A stretch of DNA of 64,000 nucleotides from an uncultured virus (IMG/VR IMGVR_UViG_3300037071_001584) (IMGVR_UViG_3300037071_001584:1-64000), one strand, 5' to 3'; counted from the stretch's first letter, positions 50,941 through 61,705 are shown. Translations and numbers: made by a program. Notes: a model not told the origin generated them from the sequence alone.

Positions 50941-51867
50941 TTATTGGTTTGATTTATATTTTAAATAACTTGTATTTGACATATTAAAATATTGTCCAGT
51001 TTCAAGATCTTTCATTGTATGTTTAATAGTTCCTGCAGGTGTAGTAGCTACACTTATGTGTTCTAAATTACTAGTTCCACTATATGGAGAAGTTTCTTTA
51101 GACCTTTCATTCAATACTCCTGCATGATAATAAGGACCTTCATGATACATTAATTTGCAGTAAACTTTCTCAAGTAGCTCTACATCTTTATTACAATACT
51201 CAATCATCTTATTTAAAGCATCATCTGATTTTCTAAGAATAATATCATCCCATAAAGACATATCTGTTTTAATCTTATTACCAAATCCTAAGAACTCAGA
51301 AATGTAATCAAGTTTATTTGAATTGAAGTTAAACTTACGTCTACATACTTTTAATGTATCAAACTGCTTGTAATCAATCTTCATTGGAATATTGTGTAGT
51401 AATGCTCTTGTTCTAATCCAAGGTAGATCATATCCATCTCCATTATGAGCTACAATAAGATCTGCTTTATTTAGAACTTCAACAAATCTTTCTACTAATA
51501 TAGCATCATCTTGTTTACTATTCCACGCAATTGAGTGAACTTTATCTTCACCTAACCATTTATATGATACACATATAATCTTACGTTCACTTATAATGTC
51601 ACCTGGTTGTATAGTCATATTATAACCCACTCTCCAAGACTTTACAATATTATAAGAAGTTTCAATATCATAGAATAACACCTTAAGTTTTTCTATAGGA
51701 GAATATCCTTTTTTAAATTCTGCATTCACTTCTCTCAAAGCTGTTTTACAGTTATTTGTAGTGGTAGTAAATCCTTTATTATTTAGATGGTTTCTTAATC
51801 TCTTAGATCCTTCTTTCAAATAGCCTGGCTTATTCCTTAAAAATTCCTTAATTTCATTCAGTTCCAT
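50941..51867 (-). CDS. DEDDy-type 3'-5' exonuclease (RNase H fold)
   Basis: FYDIET, AHNGDGYD, DTL, KLDY, YCNKDV; start MELNE chosen because the ORF-track extension overlaps a promoter-like motif. Confidence 0.82.
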   Translation of the reverse strand: MELNEIKEFLRNKPGYLKEGSKRLRNHLNNKGFTTTTNNCKTALREVNAEFKKGYSPIEKLKVLFYDIETSYNIVKSWRVGYNMTIQPGDIISERKIICVSYKWLGEDKVHSIAWNSKQDDAILVERFVEVLNKADLIVAHNGDGYDLPWIRTRALLHNIPMKIDYKQFDTLKVCRRKFNFNSNKLDYISEFLGFGNKIKTDMSLWDDIILRKSDDALNKMIEYCNKDVELLEKVYCKLMYHEGPYYHAGVLNERSKETSPYSGTSNLEHISVATTPAGTIKHTMKDLETGQYFNMSNTSYLKYKSNQ

Positions 51868-51887
51868 ATGTTTATTTTTTAAGATAA

Positions 51888-51923
51888 ATGTAAATATACG
51901 AAATATATTTAACATATGCAAAT
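51888..51923 (-). promoter_or_regulatory. Bipartite promoter-like motif upstream of the exonuclease
   Basis: ATTTGCATAT-N14-GTATATTTACAT, twin of 32392-32427. Confidence 0.65.
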
Positions 51924-51938
51924 ATTTGCTTACTTATT

Positions 51939-52901
51939 TTAACAATAAGCTGTTTCTAAAATATTACCACTAGCATCAACTCTGAAACTTTGCATTGTAG
52001 TTATACAGCTATGCCATCTATTGTCGCCACCTCCATTAAATCCAACATGTAAAGCGAAATCTGTACAAATTCTGTTTCCTACATATAAAACTCCTTCTGA
52101 ATTTGGTGTAGAACAATACCACACTCCTGTTTGAGTGCTATCACAATAATGTAAAGTAGTACTTGATCCACCATGATTATATACTCCTACTCCACAAGTA
52201 GCAGAATCTGTAACATATCCATTAACTATTTTCCATAAGTAACCAGTACTTATATCTTTATACCAGTTTTGTTGTAATTCATCTTGACCAAAAGGTATCG
52301 TAAATGCGGCATCATGAAATACTTTTTTAGTAATTCCTAATTCAGGAGAAGGAGAATAACCTATTGGCATAACTTGAGTTTCTGTACAAGCTTCTACAGG
52401 ATCAGAATATCCAAATCCAAATCCAGTTTGATATACTAGACATGAAAATTCAGCTAAAACCAATCCATCATCATTTACATAATATGACTTCCGTTGAGGG
52501 ACAGCTTGAAACCAAGTTCCATCTCCAAACAAAGGACCTGTTAAATTGCTATTATGATATAATATTGTTGTGTTTACTACTATAGTAGGTGTGCTAGTAT
52601 ATAAAACCATTGTTGGCTCTAAAAATTCACAAGCTTCCCATTCACTACCTATTCCATTAACTGGAGTAAAGTCCCATTTAGTCAAACCTACTGCTACATC
52701 AATATAATTTGTACAATTACCCGCTGATTTAATTCTAACATAATTTGAAAAATCAGGAACAACTGATGAAGTATATCCTGCAACCAAAGAAGATTTAGGA
52801 ACGCCTGTTGCAAAAGCAGTAGTATATCCATCTAAATTAGAATACAAATTAAAAGGACCTACGTCTGTTCCTGCAGCTGTTAATGTTATTATTGCTGTCA
52901 T
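51939..52901 (-). CDS. Putative tail/receptor-binding protein with three Cys-bracketed repeats
   Basis: Beta-rich composition; three segments ending LAEFSC, TDSATC, LETAYC. Confidence 0.6.
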   Translation of the reverse strand: MTAIITLTAAGTDVGPFNLYSNLDGYTTAFATGVPKSSLVAGYTSSVVPDFSNYVRIKSAGNCTNYIDVAVGLTKWDFTPVNGIGSEWEACEFLEPTMVLYTSTPTIVVNTTILYHNSNLTGPLFGDGTWFQAVPQRKSYYVNDDGLVLAEFSCLVYQTGFGFGYSDPVEACTETQVMPIGYSPSPELGITKKVFHDAAFTIPFGQDELQQNWYKDISTGYLWKIVNGYVTDSATCGVGVYNHGGSSTTLHYCDSTQTGVWYCSTPNSEGVLYVGNRICTDFALHVGFNGGGDNRWHSCITTMQSFRVDASGNILETAYC

Positions 52902-52918
52902 AGTTTAAATTTTTTTTA

Positions 52919-53911
52919 TTAGCATAAACGCTTAAAGTCCCATTTTGTTCCTCCTGCTGGTCCTGTTACTCTTATTTTTACTGTATTATTAATATTAAAA
53001 TCTGCTGTTGTGTATTTCCACCAAATAAGTTGAGTATAAAGACCTCCTGGCCAAGGTATAGTAGATCCAGTTTCTGCTCTATATTCAGCTTCTCTTGATG
53101 GAGTATTTCCACTATGAACATTACTTTCTGAACCAATAAACTGTGGTACATTTCTTGATTGACTAGTTTGTGGAATATTGTTACTAGGCTCTGTTCCCCA
53201 TGAATTGTCAAAAGGTCCTGCATTTGTTCCTGTCATCCCAGATGTTGCTTTTTTAACTCCATTATGTATTATTTCTATTTTATCAGGTTCCTGATTTGGA
53301 TTCATAGCAATAGTAATAAATCCTCCTCCTTGAGATAGCCCAATACTTGTATCTTGAATACCTTCTCCTCCAGAAGGAGTAACTGTATTACATCCAGCAT
53401 CAACTAATGATGTCATAGTTATTGGATTACTAAACCCAGTACTACCAGTTTTAATTGCCCTGATTTGATAATTATAAGGTGTGCCTGACACTACTGCATT
53501 ATCAGTATAACTTCCTGTTGAAGCGGATACTGTAGTAAGTAAGTCACCACCTTTAAAAATTTGATAAAAAGTAACACCTCTTGTTGAATTAGGCACTAAA
53601 TCCCATGAAAAAGATAATGACGTATAGTTAACTGCGCCTGCAGTTAAATTGAATGAAACTAATTCAACAGGACCAACAGTTATTTGTATAGCACCTGCCA
53701 AGATACAATCATATGCAGGATTAGGTGGATAACACCACCAATCATCAGGAAGAATATATGGACCTCCTTGATTAGCTTTAAGTTTAGGTGTTGAATTAGG
53801 CACAGCTAGTGCCCATAAAGCACCCCATTCTATGTATTGTACACCAATACCAAGGCCGTTTGGGCCCATTATATCATCTGTACTTATTGGTCCGCTACAA
53901 TTTAGTGCCAT
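52919..53911 (-). CDS. Putative tail protein with fibronectin-III-like domain
   Basis: LSFSWD...YQIFK...YTDNAV.SGTPYNYQIRA. Confidence 0.65.
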   Translation of the reverse strand: MALNCSGPISTDDIMGPNGLGIGVQYIEWGALWALAVPNSTPKLKANQGGPYILPDDWWCYPPNPAYDCILAGAIQITVGPVELVSFNLTAGAVNYTSLSFSWDLVPNSTRGVTFYQIFKGGDLLTTVSASTGSYTDNAVVSGTPYNYQIRAIKTGSTGFSNPITMTSLVDAGCNTVTPSGGEGIQDTSIGLSQGGGFITIAMNPNQEPDKIEIIHNGVKKATSGMTGTNAGPFDNSWGTEPSNNIPQTSQSRNVPQFIGSESNVHSGNTPSREAEYRAETGSTIPWPGGLYTQLIWWKYTTADFNINNTVKIRVTGPAGGTKWDFKRLC

Positions 53912-53912
53912 A

Positions 53913-56900
53913 CTACTTAGATTCTAATGTTAATACTCTTTGTTCCAACTCTTTAATCGCTTCAACTAATACAGCAACCATTGCTTGGTAATTAACTGAT
54001 TTTATTTTTTCTTCTGAATCATCAGTTTTAACCAACTCAGGAAATACTTTCTCTAAATCTTGTGCAATGAAGCCAATTTGATTTTTATCTTCATTATCAG
54101 TTCTATCAAAATTAACACCTTGAGTTTTCAATACTTTTGACAATGAGTTTTCAAGTGGCTTTATGTTTGTTTTTAGTCTAATATCTGAAGAGGCTGTTAC
54201 TGTTCCATTAACACTAAGTCCGGAAGCAGTTATAATCATTCTTTGAACAGGTGTGTTCCCAACCCAAAAAGCAATTCCTTGAGCTACAGATGATAAGCCT
54301 AAACCAACACCGCTTTGTGGAAATATACAATAACCTACGCCAGATGGAGGCGCAAGTAAACCACCTCCACTAAATTGTATGTTACCAGTAAAATCAGCAA
54401 TACCATCATAACTTAATCTTAGTCTTTCGCCTCCGTTAACATAAACTATAAAAGGAGCTAGACCATCTCCGTAAAGAACATTTGCGTATGGTATGCTTCC
54501 AAGCGATGTTCCTGTAGAATTATTTTTTCCAAAGTAAAAATTACCATTATCATTTCTTGTATTTATAAAAGACGTTTCTGTAGATTGATTAAAAGTAGCT
54601 CCACCATAAACTTGTAGCTTTCCTCCAATATCAGAAGTCATTCCAATTAAAACATTTCCTGATGAATTAACTCTTAATCTTTCAAGACCAGTTGTATGAA
54701 TGATAAAATCATTACCGGTTACCCCTATAAATGGAGTATAAGTTGTATTTGCTGCTTCAAATAATATACCTGATAAATTTGTAGTTCCATTTGTACTAGA
54801 TAACAACAAAGGTTCAGAATAAATACCTTTAATATGTAACGACCTATTTGGAGTATCAGTTCCGATACCAACATTACCACCCATTAACGCTAATGAGTTA
54901 GTGAAGTTAATATATCCAGTAGATTTAACACTATCTGTAATTCCAATTTCTGCATAGCCACCAGACGTATTACTTGCTCTTATAGAAGTAGCGCCATCAG
55001 TAGGTTTTCTTACATCAAGTTGAGCTAATGGACTATTAGTTCCAATACCAACACTTCCGTTAGAATTAATAAACATTTTATTACTACCGTTAATATTGAA
55101 ATACAAAGCCCCTGTACCACCTACACTATCAATAGCTGCACCGCCTCCACCTAATGCGTTTAAACGAATAGTTGAACTATATGCACCAGCAGAACTACTA
55201 AGAGTTAATATAGCATCAGCTGTAGCATGAATATGTAAGTTAGTACTTGGTGTTATAGTTCCAATACCAACATTACCACCTAATGGATTTAAAATTAATT
55301 GTCTTGGAACATCAGAATTATCAATAACACCTTGTATAGAAGGCTCGCCACCATCAGCACCAAATACCAGTCCTCTATTTGTAGAAGTTGAACTTACTTT
55401 AAACCCTAGGTTACTAGTTGTTGATACGTGAAGTTTGTAAAAAGGTGAATTTGTTCCAATCCCAACATTGGCTCCGTCATCGTACATTACTCCAGTACCT
55501 AAATTTGAAGCTGATCCCCATTTTGCTATATAATTTGGTGACCCAGAACCTGAAGGTTTAGAATTCCAAATTCCTATGTCTGTTGTAGTAACATGTTGAA
55601 ATGCAACATTATCATTCTTTCCTGTTAAAGCATCATGAGCAGTTACTCCTACAGAAGAACTTGAAGATGTTGCTGTTATTGGTCTAAAATAGAAATCATT
55701 TGGATCTCCTAATAGCGAACCATTTGCTGGGGTACCAGCTCTTAAATAGAATGTACCTAAAGCTATACTGTCTCCTGCAGGTAATACATCTGCAAATACT
55801 GTTGACGTTAAACCAGCTATTGCATCATCTCTATTTGCAAAGATTGCGTTTACTCCAAATGCAGGAGCATTACTTGTAGAAGCTTTGGTTTGTATAACCA
55901 TTGTTCCAGTTACAGTGACAAGTAATTTATATACTTGGTAATTAGTATTTGCAACGGCTCCTGCTCCTACAGTACCTCCAGCATTATACCATTGTGTTGG
56001 ATTGATAACTGTTGATAAAGCAATACTAGTTGCTAATGAAGATAAGTTTGGCAATGCAAATAAGAACTGCATTGGAGTAGGATTAACTGTGTCTGCAATA
56101 GTTAAATAGTTTGGGTCTAATTTGTTGTTAGCATAGTTAATTGAATTCTTACTAAAAGTAACTCCTCTGTTCCCAAATGATATAGATGCTGCTCCAGATG
56201 GAACTATTGTTCCTGAAGAAAGGACAAGTCTGTCTCTATTGTTGACTCTATTATTAGCTAAATCAGGAAAGTATTTAAACGAAACAATGCTATAAACTCC
56301 TGCTGTATTTGCAACAATCATACGAGCTAGATAACAAGTATCTTGGTCATAAACTTTAGAACCTTGAAATACTGCATTGCCTAACTTGTTTATCCCTACA
56401 TAGAATACACCTCTTGTATTAACAGCTAAAGGAGTATTAGTAGCATTAACTACAAATGATTTATTCCCAAAACTTAATAAAAAGTTTGCTATTTTATTTG
56501 CAGGAGTATCAACTACTATCTCATTAATGAAAAGTATATTGTCAACTGCAGTTATATTTAATGTATCAGCAGGAGATATAGATAATACAGATACATCTGT
56601 ATCTGGTCTACTTCTACCTGTTTGATATAAGTTTTTAAAATCTGTCTTATCAGTCTTAACTAAAGCTATTAATGAAGTCTCAGTTTGATCTAATTGAGTC
56701 TGAACATTTGATCCTGTAAGATAATCTACATGAGGAGTTGCTGGTACTTGTAATGCTGTTGTATTATGAGGATTAGACATATTTGCAATATGTGCATCCA
56801 ATACAGATTTATCTCCTTTTAAAAGTAATCCTTCATGCACAGCTTCTCCACTAGGAGCATGTGTTGTATCTCCATCAGTAATTGTTTGCGTAATAATAGC

Positions 56901-57146
56901 ACTACCTCCTAAATCAGTCCAATTCAAAGCATTGGTCCAGTTTGGATCAGTAACATCTAATCCATCAAATCTTGCAGTAGTTCCTGATTGAGATACAATG
57001 TGTCCAATAGTTCTTTTGTTAATTGGAATAGTATTTCTTTCGCTTATAGATGAAACTGCAAGAGCTCCACCTTTAAGTGAACTAGAATTCATTAAAGGAT
57101 TTGCTGTGTTGTTATGTTCGAGTATGTCTGGATAAAAAATTGCCAT
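53913..57146 (-). CDS. Tail fibre with C-terminal peptidase S74 intramolecular chaperone
   Basis: GNVGIGT repeats; SDIRLKTNI...GFIAQDLEKVFPELV...LVEAIKEL. Confidence 0.88.
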   Translation of the reverse strand: MAIFYPDILEHNNTANPLMNSSSLKGGALAVSSISERNTIPINKRTIGHIVSQSGTTARFDGLDVTDPNWTNALNWTDLGGSAIITQTITDGDTTHAPSGEAVHEGLLLKGDKSVLDAHIANMSNPHNTTALQVPATPHVDYLTGSNVQTQLDQTETSLIALVKTDKTDFKNLYQTGRSRPDTDVSVLSISPADTLNITAVDNILFINEIVVDTPANKIANFLLSFGNKSFVVNATNTPLAVNTRGVFYVGINKLGNAVFQGSKVYDQDTCYLARMIVANTAGVYSIVSFKYFPDLANNRVNNRDRLVLSSGTIVPSGAASISFGNRGVTFSKNSINYANNKLDPNYLTIADTVNPTPMQFLFALPNLSSLATSIALSTVINPTQWYNAGGTVGAGAVANTNYQVYKLLVTVTGTMVIQTKASTSNAPAFGVNAIFANRDDAIAGLTSTVFADVLPAGDSIALGTFYLRAGTPANGSLLGDPNDFYFRPITATSSSSSVGVTAHDALTGKNDNVAFQHVTTTDIGIWNSKPSGSGSPNYIAKWGSASNLGTGVMYDDGANVGIGTNSPFYKLHVSTTSNLGFKVSSTSTNRGLVFGADGGEPSIQGVIDNSDVPRQLILNPLGGNVGIGTITPSTNLHIHATADAILTLSSSAGAYSSTIRLNALGGGGAAIDSVGGTGALYFNINGSNKMFINSNGSVGIGTNSPLAQLDVRKPTDGATSIRASNTSGGYAEIGITDSVKSTGYINFTNSLALMGGNVGIGTDTPNRSLHIKGIYSEPLLLSSTNGTTNLSGILFEAANTTYTPFIGVTGNDFIIHTTGLERLRVNSSGNVLIGMTSDIGGKLQVYGGATFNQSTETSFINTRNDNGNFYFGKNNSTGTSLGSIPYANVLYGDGLAPFIVYVNGGERLRLSYDGIADFTGNIQFSGGGLLAPPSGVGYCIFPQSGVGLGLSSVAQGIAFWVGNTPVQRMIITASGLSVNGTVTASSDIRLKTNIKPLENSLSKVLKTQGVNFDRTDNEDKNQIGFIAQDLEKVFPELVKTDDSEEKIKSVNYQAMVAVLVEAIKELEQRVLTLESK

Positions 57147-57147
57147 G

Positions 57148-58128
57148 TTATGTAATTGCTAAAGTTGTACCTGATGCAAACGCTTTGTCTGAATTAGATT
57201 TATAAACTGTCATATTTAAAACCACTCCTTTAGAGTTGGTATAACTGAAACTTCCAATATTAGTGAAAGCTGATAACACTGATAATGCTCCGTTCATTAT
57301 TATGTTGGATAGATTACCATATGTGCTTGCATAAGCGATATAAGTAAAGTTTCCTGTAACATCATTATATGCTCCTGCTGTATAGTTTGCTGCTTTACCT
57401 CCAACTAAAACTGATTGTTGTAATGCATTTATAACACTAGCTACTTGAGCAGGCGTAGAAGCGCCAGTCAATACAGTGTTTGATGCTCCAAAAAAATGTC
57501 TAAAGAACCATGTTCTTGTTGTAGATACACTTGATATAGGAACGTTGTTATCATCTGTACCAGATATAGTCCATGTTTTAGTTACAGAAGAATTGCTTGT
57601 CGAAGGAGCAGATCCTAAGTATGGAGAAGTTTCTGCCATAATACTTCTGTTATATCCATCTCCAGTTATGAATCTATTTTTAGGTTGATTACCTAAACTG
57701 TCATTTACAGCTGTATATGTTATAGACAAACTATTAAGTATCTCTCCAACTTCTATTGGATTAGAGTTAGGAGCAGCTGTTAATGTAATGCCTGTGTACG
57801 CAGGCTTAACATACTCAAGAGCAATGTCTTTGAATAATTCAATAATAGTCATTCCTGTTGAATGAATAGTTGTTACACCTTCATATTTACCTAAAGTTTT
57901 TCCTGCAGATAATACAACAGGTATATCTTCAGTAAATGTAGATCCAACTTGTATTTTCTCAAAATCTCCAGGAGATAGTAATCCAGCATTAATGCTATTA
58001 GCTAAAGGAATAGTCGCGTCTTCTCCTCCTGTATTGGTAACTATACCATCTATAGGGGAAGCTATGTATCCAAGATCTATAAACGTTAATCCTGAATTTG
58101 ATAATATATTTACTACTTTAGCGCACAT
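57148..58128 (-). CDS. Putative tail-associated structural protein
   Basis: Thr/Ser-rich beta composition, DATIPLA..NAGLLSP, located in the fibre cluster. Confidence 0.55.
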   Translation of the reverse strand: MCAKVVNILSNSGLTFIDLGYIASPIDGIVTNTGGEDATIPLANSINAGLLSPGDFEKIQVGSTFTEDIPVVLSAGKTLGKYEGVTTIHSTGMTIIELFKDIALEYVKPAYTGITLTAAPNSNPIEVGEILNSLSITYTAVNDSLGNQPKNRFITGDGYNRSIMAETSPYLGSAPSTSNSSVTKTWTISGTDDNNVPISSVSTTRTWFFRHFFGASNTVLTGASTPAQVASVINALQQSVLVGGKAANYTAGAYNDVTGNFTYIAYASTYGNLSNIIMNGALSVLSAFTNIGSFSYTNSKGVVLNMTVYKSNSDKAFASGTTLAIT

Positions 58129-58529
58129 TATATTGTCTCTATTATGTATTGAACATATACTTTTGAATTAGCTTTAACTGTAAATGTGTAAACTGTTTGA
58201 TTTAAGGTAGACACTTCTAAATTAAGACTTGATCCTGCTGGAAATGTAACATTATCTACTCCTACTTGTTTATATATTCCACCTTCCATTACATTGATTG
58301 ATATAGAGTGAAATGTGTTTACTGGATAGGATACAACTAAGTCTGCTAATGGTTCGAATATCTCATCAACAACAGTACTATAATCTGCTCCACCATTTGC
58401 ACAAGAACTTACAGCAGCAACTAAATCTACTAATTTTCTTAAATCTGAATTCTTTATTTTATTACAATCTTGAAAGGCTATAAGTAATTCATTTATTACT
58501 TGGTCGATTTCATTACACTCTATAACCAT
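58128..58529 (-). CDS. Hypothetical structural protein
   Basis: 133-aa ORF, TAATG-coupled to next gene. Confidence 0.55.
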   Translation of the reverse strand: MVIECNEIDQVINELLIAFQDCNKIKNSDLRKLVDLVAAVSSCANGGADYSTVVDEIFEPLADLVVSYPVNTFHSISINVMEGGIYKQVGVDNVTFPAGSSLNLEVSTLNQTVYTFTVKANSKVYVQYIIETI

Positions 58530-58554
58530 CTTGTTTTATTTTAAATTATTTATT

Positions 58555-59382
58555 TTATATCTGTACAACTTCTAAATGAATTTTTAAGTTCTGAGCTCCA
58601 GTAGAACTCTCTCTTAGTCCAAAGTCAAATTGTGTTGCAGTTATTACTTTTAGAACTCCTTGTAATACTCTACTATCTGCATCATAAGGAGATGCCGCTA
58701 AAGTTTCTACACATTGTCTAAAGAAGTAACTTGTATTAGTCATAGAATTAGCTACAGTACATCTAACTACAGTCAATCCAGCTACATCATTAAACGTAAC
58801 TTCTGCAACAGTTATATCTCCAAATACAGGCAAAAACGTTCCTACAGGTGTGCTTCCTAAATTCAATCCACTAAATCCACCAACATTAAATACTTTGTTT
58901 ACTGGACTAGTACCTGGAATTCCTTGTGGACCTATAGGTCCTTGTGGACCAGTAGCTCCTTGAGGCCCAGTTGCGCCAGTATTACCAGTATCTCCTTTTG
59001 GTCCAGTCGCTCCAGATCCTGCAGGTCCAGTTGGCCCTGTTGGTCCTTGAATACCTTGAGGCCCTTGAGCGCCTGTTGGTCCAGTTTGAGATGGAAAGAA
59101 ATTGAATATTCTATTAGAATAGTCTATACCAAAAGAAGTTACTCCATCAGGATATGTAAAGTTAGTTGAACGTAGCCCTACTTCAGCACCTACAACTTCT
59201 CTCCATTCCCATCTAGATTTCTCTTCTATACATAGCACAACTAATCCTTCAGGATATACATATGCTAAATTATCATTAACACCTAAATCTTTAAGTGCTG
59301 CTTCGCTTAATGAATACTCTTTTACACTCAGTGGTATTTGGTTCTGTGTTCTTAAGCCTAAAGGTATATTTGCGTAATCCAT
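58555..59382 (-). CDS. Collagen-like fibre protein
   Basis: Gly-X-Y run [12 protein letters not shown]...GPQGIPG at about 58910-59085. Confidence 0.8.
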   Translation of the reverse strand: MDYANIPLGLRTQNQIPLSVKEYSLSEAALKDLGVNDNLAYVYPEGLVVLCIEEKSRWEWREVVGAEVGLRSTNFTYPDGVTSFGIDYSNRIFNFFPSQTGPTGAQGPQGIQGPTGPTGPAGSGATGPKGDTGNTGATGPQGATGPQGPIGPQGIPGTSPVNKVFNVGGFSGLNLGSTPVGTFLPVFGDITVAEVTFNDVAGLTVVRCTVANSMTNTSYFFRQCVETLAASPYDADSRVLQGVLKVITATQFDFGLRESSTGAQNLKIHLEVVQI

Positions 59383-60029
59383 TATATTTGTTTTATTTTA
59401 AATTTCATAGTTCCAATAGAGTATAAATTATTACCAATAAATATTCTAGTTTTTAGTTCGTCATTATAATGAGATTGAAATCCTTCAGTTACATTATTTC
59501 CAAGAACATCATATATTTCGTATTCAGTATCTTCTTCTGAGCAGTTCAATGCGAATGCAATTAAACCTATATCTTCATATACTATATCAATACCTTCAGC
59601 AAATACTTCTCTAGTTGCAGCATCTTTTGTTTCTAAGTAAGTGCCTGAAGCAACTAAATCAAGAATGTTTTGATAGGTGATACCTAGAGACTCTTGCCAA
59701 TATACTACAGAAGGAACTGGAAGAACAACAACTTGTTCATTCTTGTCTGCTACAACAAACTTAGTATCTAAATTAACTGGGAATCCAGTAACTGTTTTTA
59801 CTTTGCATATATATTTAGAATTATTATACAAAGTTATGTATAAGCATTCTAGTTGTTTTCTTTGTTTATTAGAGATAGTGACATTGCATTCATTTAAAAG
59901 ATTGAATATTAAGTTTAATACATATAAATCTTCTGATTCAAGTTTTCCGTTTAGTCTTGCTTGATTGTGTAGTTTTTTTAATGAAGCATTCAGAACTAAC
60001 GCATGGTTGTTTTCTGTTATTTCTATCAT
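59382..60029 (-). CDS. Tail hub-like structural protein
   Basis: Synteny; TAATG coupling on both sides. Confidence 0.45.
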   Translation of the reverse strand: MIEITENNHALVLNASLKKLHNQARLNGKLESEDLYVLNLIFNLLNECNVTISNKQRKQLECLYITLYNNSKYICKVKTVTGFPVNLDTKFVVADKNEQVVVLPVPSVVYWQESLGITYQNILDLVASGTYLETKDAATREVFAEGIDIVYEDIGLIAFALNCSEEDTEYEIYDVLGNNVTEGFQSHYNDELKTRIFIGNNLYSIGTMKFKIKQI

Positions 60030-60610
60030 TACTCTATCTGTTTAAATCCGCCACATGTAGTGCATTTACTTGACTCACATGACACGCAATTATTATTTAG
60101 ACTACAAAGCTTCTTCAGCATATTTATGTTGTTCATAGCGTCTGAATAGAAGCCTAATTCTATACTTTTAAGTGTTGCATCAATTAGTAATCCTACTTGA
60201 ATTACTAAATTTGAATTTAAATTTGGTTGATAGTTTGTACAGTTAGCTGTATTAGCTTTCATAAATTCATTCAACAAACATATGTAGTAATCGTATAAGT
60301 TATAAGTAATGGCCAATGCAGGAGAACCACATGTAGAACAGTTTTCTTCTGGAACATTATCAGTTATTTCAACGAACCATAAGTCCTTGAAAAAGTCAGT
60401 TGATAACTCTGTATTCGTATATATAAGAACTTCTTTATTGTTAGTTCCTACAATTTTGTAAGAACCATCTATAGCTAGAGAATAGTCTTTAAAGGTATTC
60501 ATGTTCCAGAATTTTATAGATACAATTTGATAACCTACTAATGTTTCTACATCTAAGGCTATTTGACTACCATCTTCTATTATTGAAAAGTTATTTACAA
60601 TTATTGCCAT
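60029..60610 (-). CDS. Tail hub-like structural protein with Cys-rich C-terminus
   Basis: Synteny after the auxiliary capsid-like gene; CVSC..CTTCGG. Confidence 0.5.
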   Translation of the reverse strand: MAIIVNNFSIIEDGSQIALDVETLVGYQIVSIKFWNMNTFKDYSLAIDGSYKIVGTNNKEVLIYTNTELSTDFFKDLWFVEITDNVPEENCSTCGSPALAITYNLYDYYICLLNEFMKANTANCTNYQPNLNSNLVIQVGLLIDATLKSIELGFYSDAMNNINMLKKLCSLNNNCVSCESSKCTTCGGFKQIE

Positions 60611-60627
60611 TTATATATTTTTTAGTC

Positions 60628-60660
60628 AAAAAAAAAGGAGAGGAAAAATATCCTCCCCTT
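60628..60660 (-). terminator. Intrinsic terminator
   Basis: Minus strand AAGGGGAGGA-TATTTT-TCCTCTCCTT followed by a T run. Confidence 0.8.
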
Positions 60661-60681
60661 AATTTCATTAGGTTATTGTTA

Positions 60682-61677
60682 TTACGGTGTTGGTGTTACA
60701 GGTACTGGAATTCTTCCATCAACTGCAGTAGCAATTTCTGCCAATATTAAGTCAGCAACTGTAGAAGAAATTCCATCAGGAGTTTCAGCAAAAATTGTCA
60801 ATACTTTGTATTGTCTTTCAACACTAGTCTCTTTACGCGGCATGTAGTAAATGATATTGATAGTATCATAAAATGCAGCCTTGTCTGCGTAATAAGGAGT
60901 ATCAAAGTTTGCAGGATAACCTACTTCTCTTGCAGGATCATACTTGTATCCTTTAACGAACCATTCGTAGTTAACTGCTTGTTTACCAGTTCCATTTCCA
61001 GGATTAGGTTGAACAGTAGTAGCTACTGTAAGTAATCCTAAGTTAACTGCAAGAGCAGTCAAACTATAAGCATTACTAAATGATTTCCCAAGCGCACTAA
61101 ATTCAATTTGTTTTCCGATAATTTTACCAGGAACAACGTCTTGATATTTACCAGTAACAGTGAATTGTGCTGCACCTACTGTTGCTACTACAAACTCAGA
61201 GTTTCCTCTTTTAATTAAATTTTGATTCAAAGATAGAACTAGTCCATCACGAATTGTAGTAGTAGTGTCTCCAGCTCCTGACACATAAAATCCTTGGATA
61301 ACTGCAAAGTTTTCAGGAGACAATGATCCACCATCATTATATAAAACAATCTCTGCTTCATATGTAACTTCTGGTGTTGCTGTAACAACTGTATAGGTTA
61401 CTTGCTTTTGTACTTCAGCCACATAGTTATGTGCTGTAACTTTTTCTATATACTGTGAATAGATAGTATCTGAGAATTCAAAATTTAAATTCTTTACAGG
61501 ATCACCTGCGGTTCCCTGATAAAATTTAATAGTAGAATTTGCAGTTACTGGAGATCCAGATGCAGAAAAGGCTTGAATATATCCAGGTAAGGCGTTAATT
61601 AAAAAGGCCTGTAAGTTTACGGCTCCAGCATATGTATCCCCAATTATAACTTCGCCAACTTGATTTGGTCCAAACAT
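60682..61677 (-). CDS. Auxiliary capsid / head decoration-like protein
   Basis: MFGPNQV, GNGTGKQAVNYEWF..G, GYP, YDTINI; followed by a strong terminator; synteny. Confidence 0.6.
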   Translation of the reverse strand: MFGPNQVGEVIIGDTYAGAVNLQAFLINALPGYIQAFSASGSPVTANSTIKFYQGTAGDPVKNLNFEFSDTIYSQYIEKVTAHNYVAEVQKQVTYTVVTATPEVTYEAEIVLYNDGGSLSPENFAVIQGFYVSGAGDTTTTIRDGLVLSLNQNLIKRGNSEFVVATVGAAQFTVTGKYQDVVPGKIIGKQIEFSALGKSFSNAYSLTALAVNLGLLTVATTVQPNPGNGTGKQAVNYEWFVKGYKYDPAREVGYPANFDTPYYADKAAFYDTINIIYYMPRKETSVERQYKVLTIFAETPDGISSTVADLILAEIATAVDGRIPVPVTPTP

Positions 61678-61705
61678 AATTTATTTTGTTTTAATTTTAT
61701 TATTA

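Noticed and set aside
51868..51921. ORF-track N-terminal extension of the exonuclease (MHMLNIFRIF...)
   Set aside because: It overlaps the twin promoter motif, and the ATG at 51867 has a typical A-rich leader
53582..53803. 15-bp direct repeat TGTTGAATTAGGCAC (VPNST twice)
   Set aside because: Only two copies inside one CDS with no supporting structure; likely chance or a small local duplication
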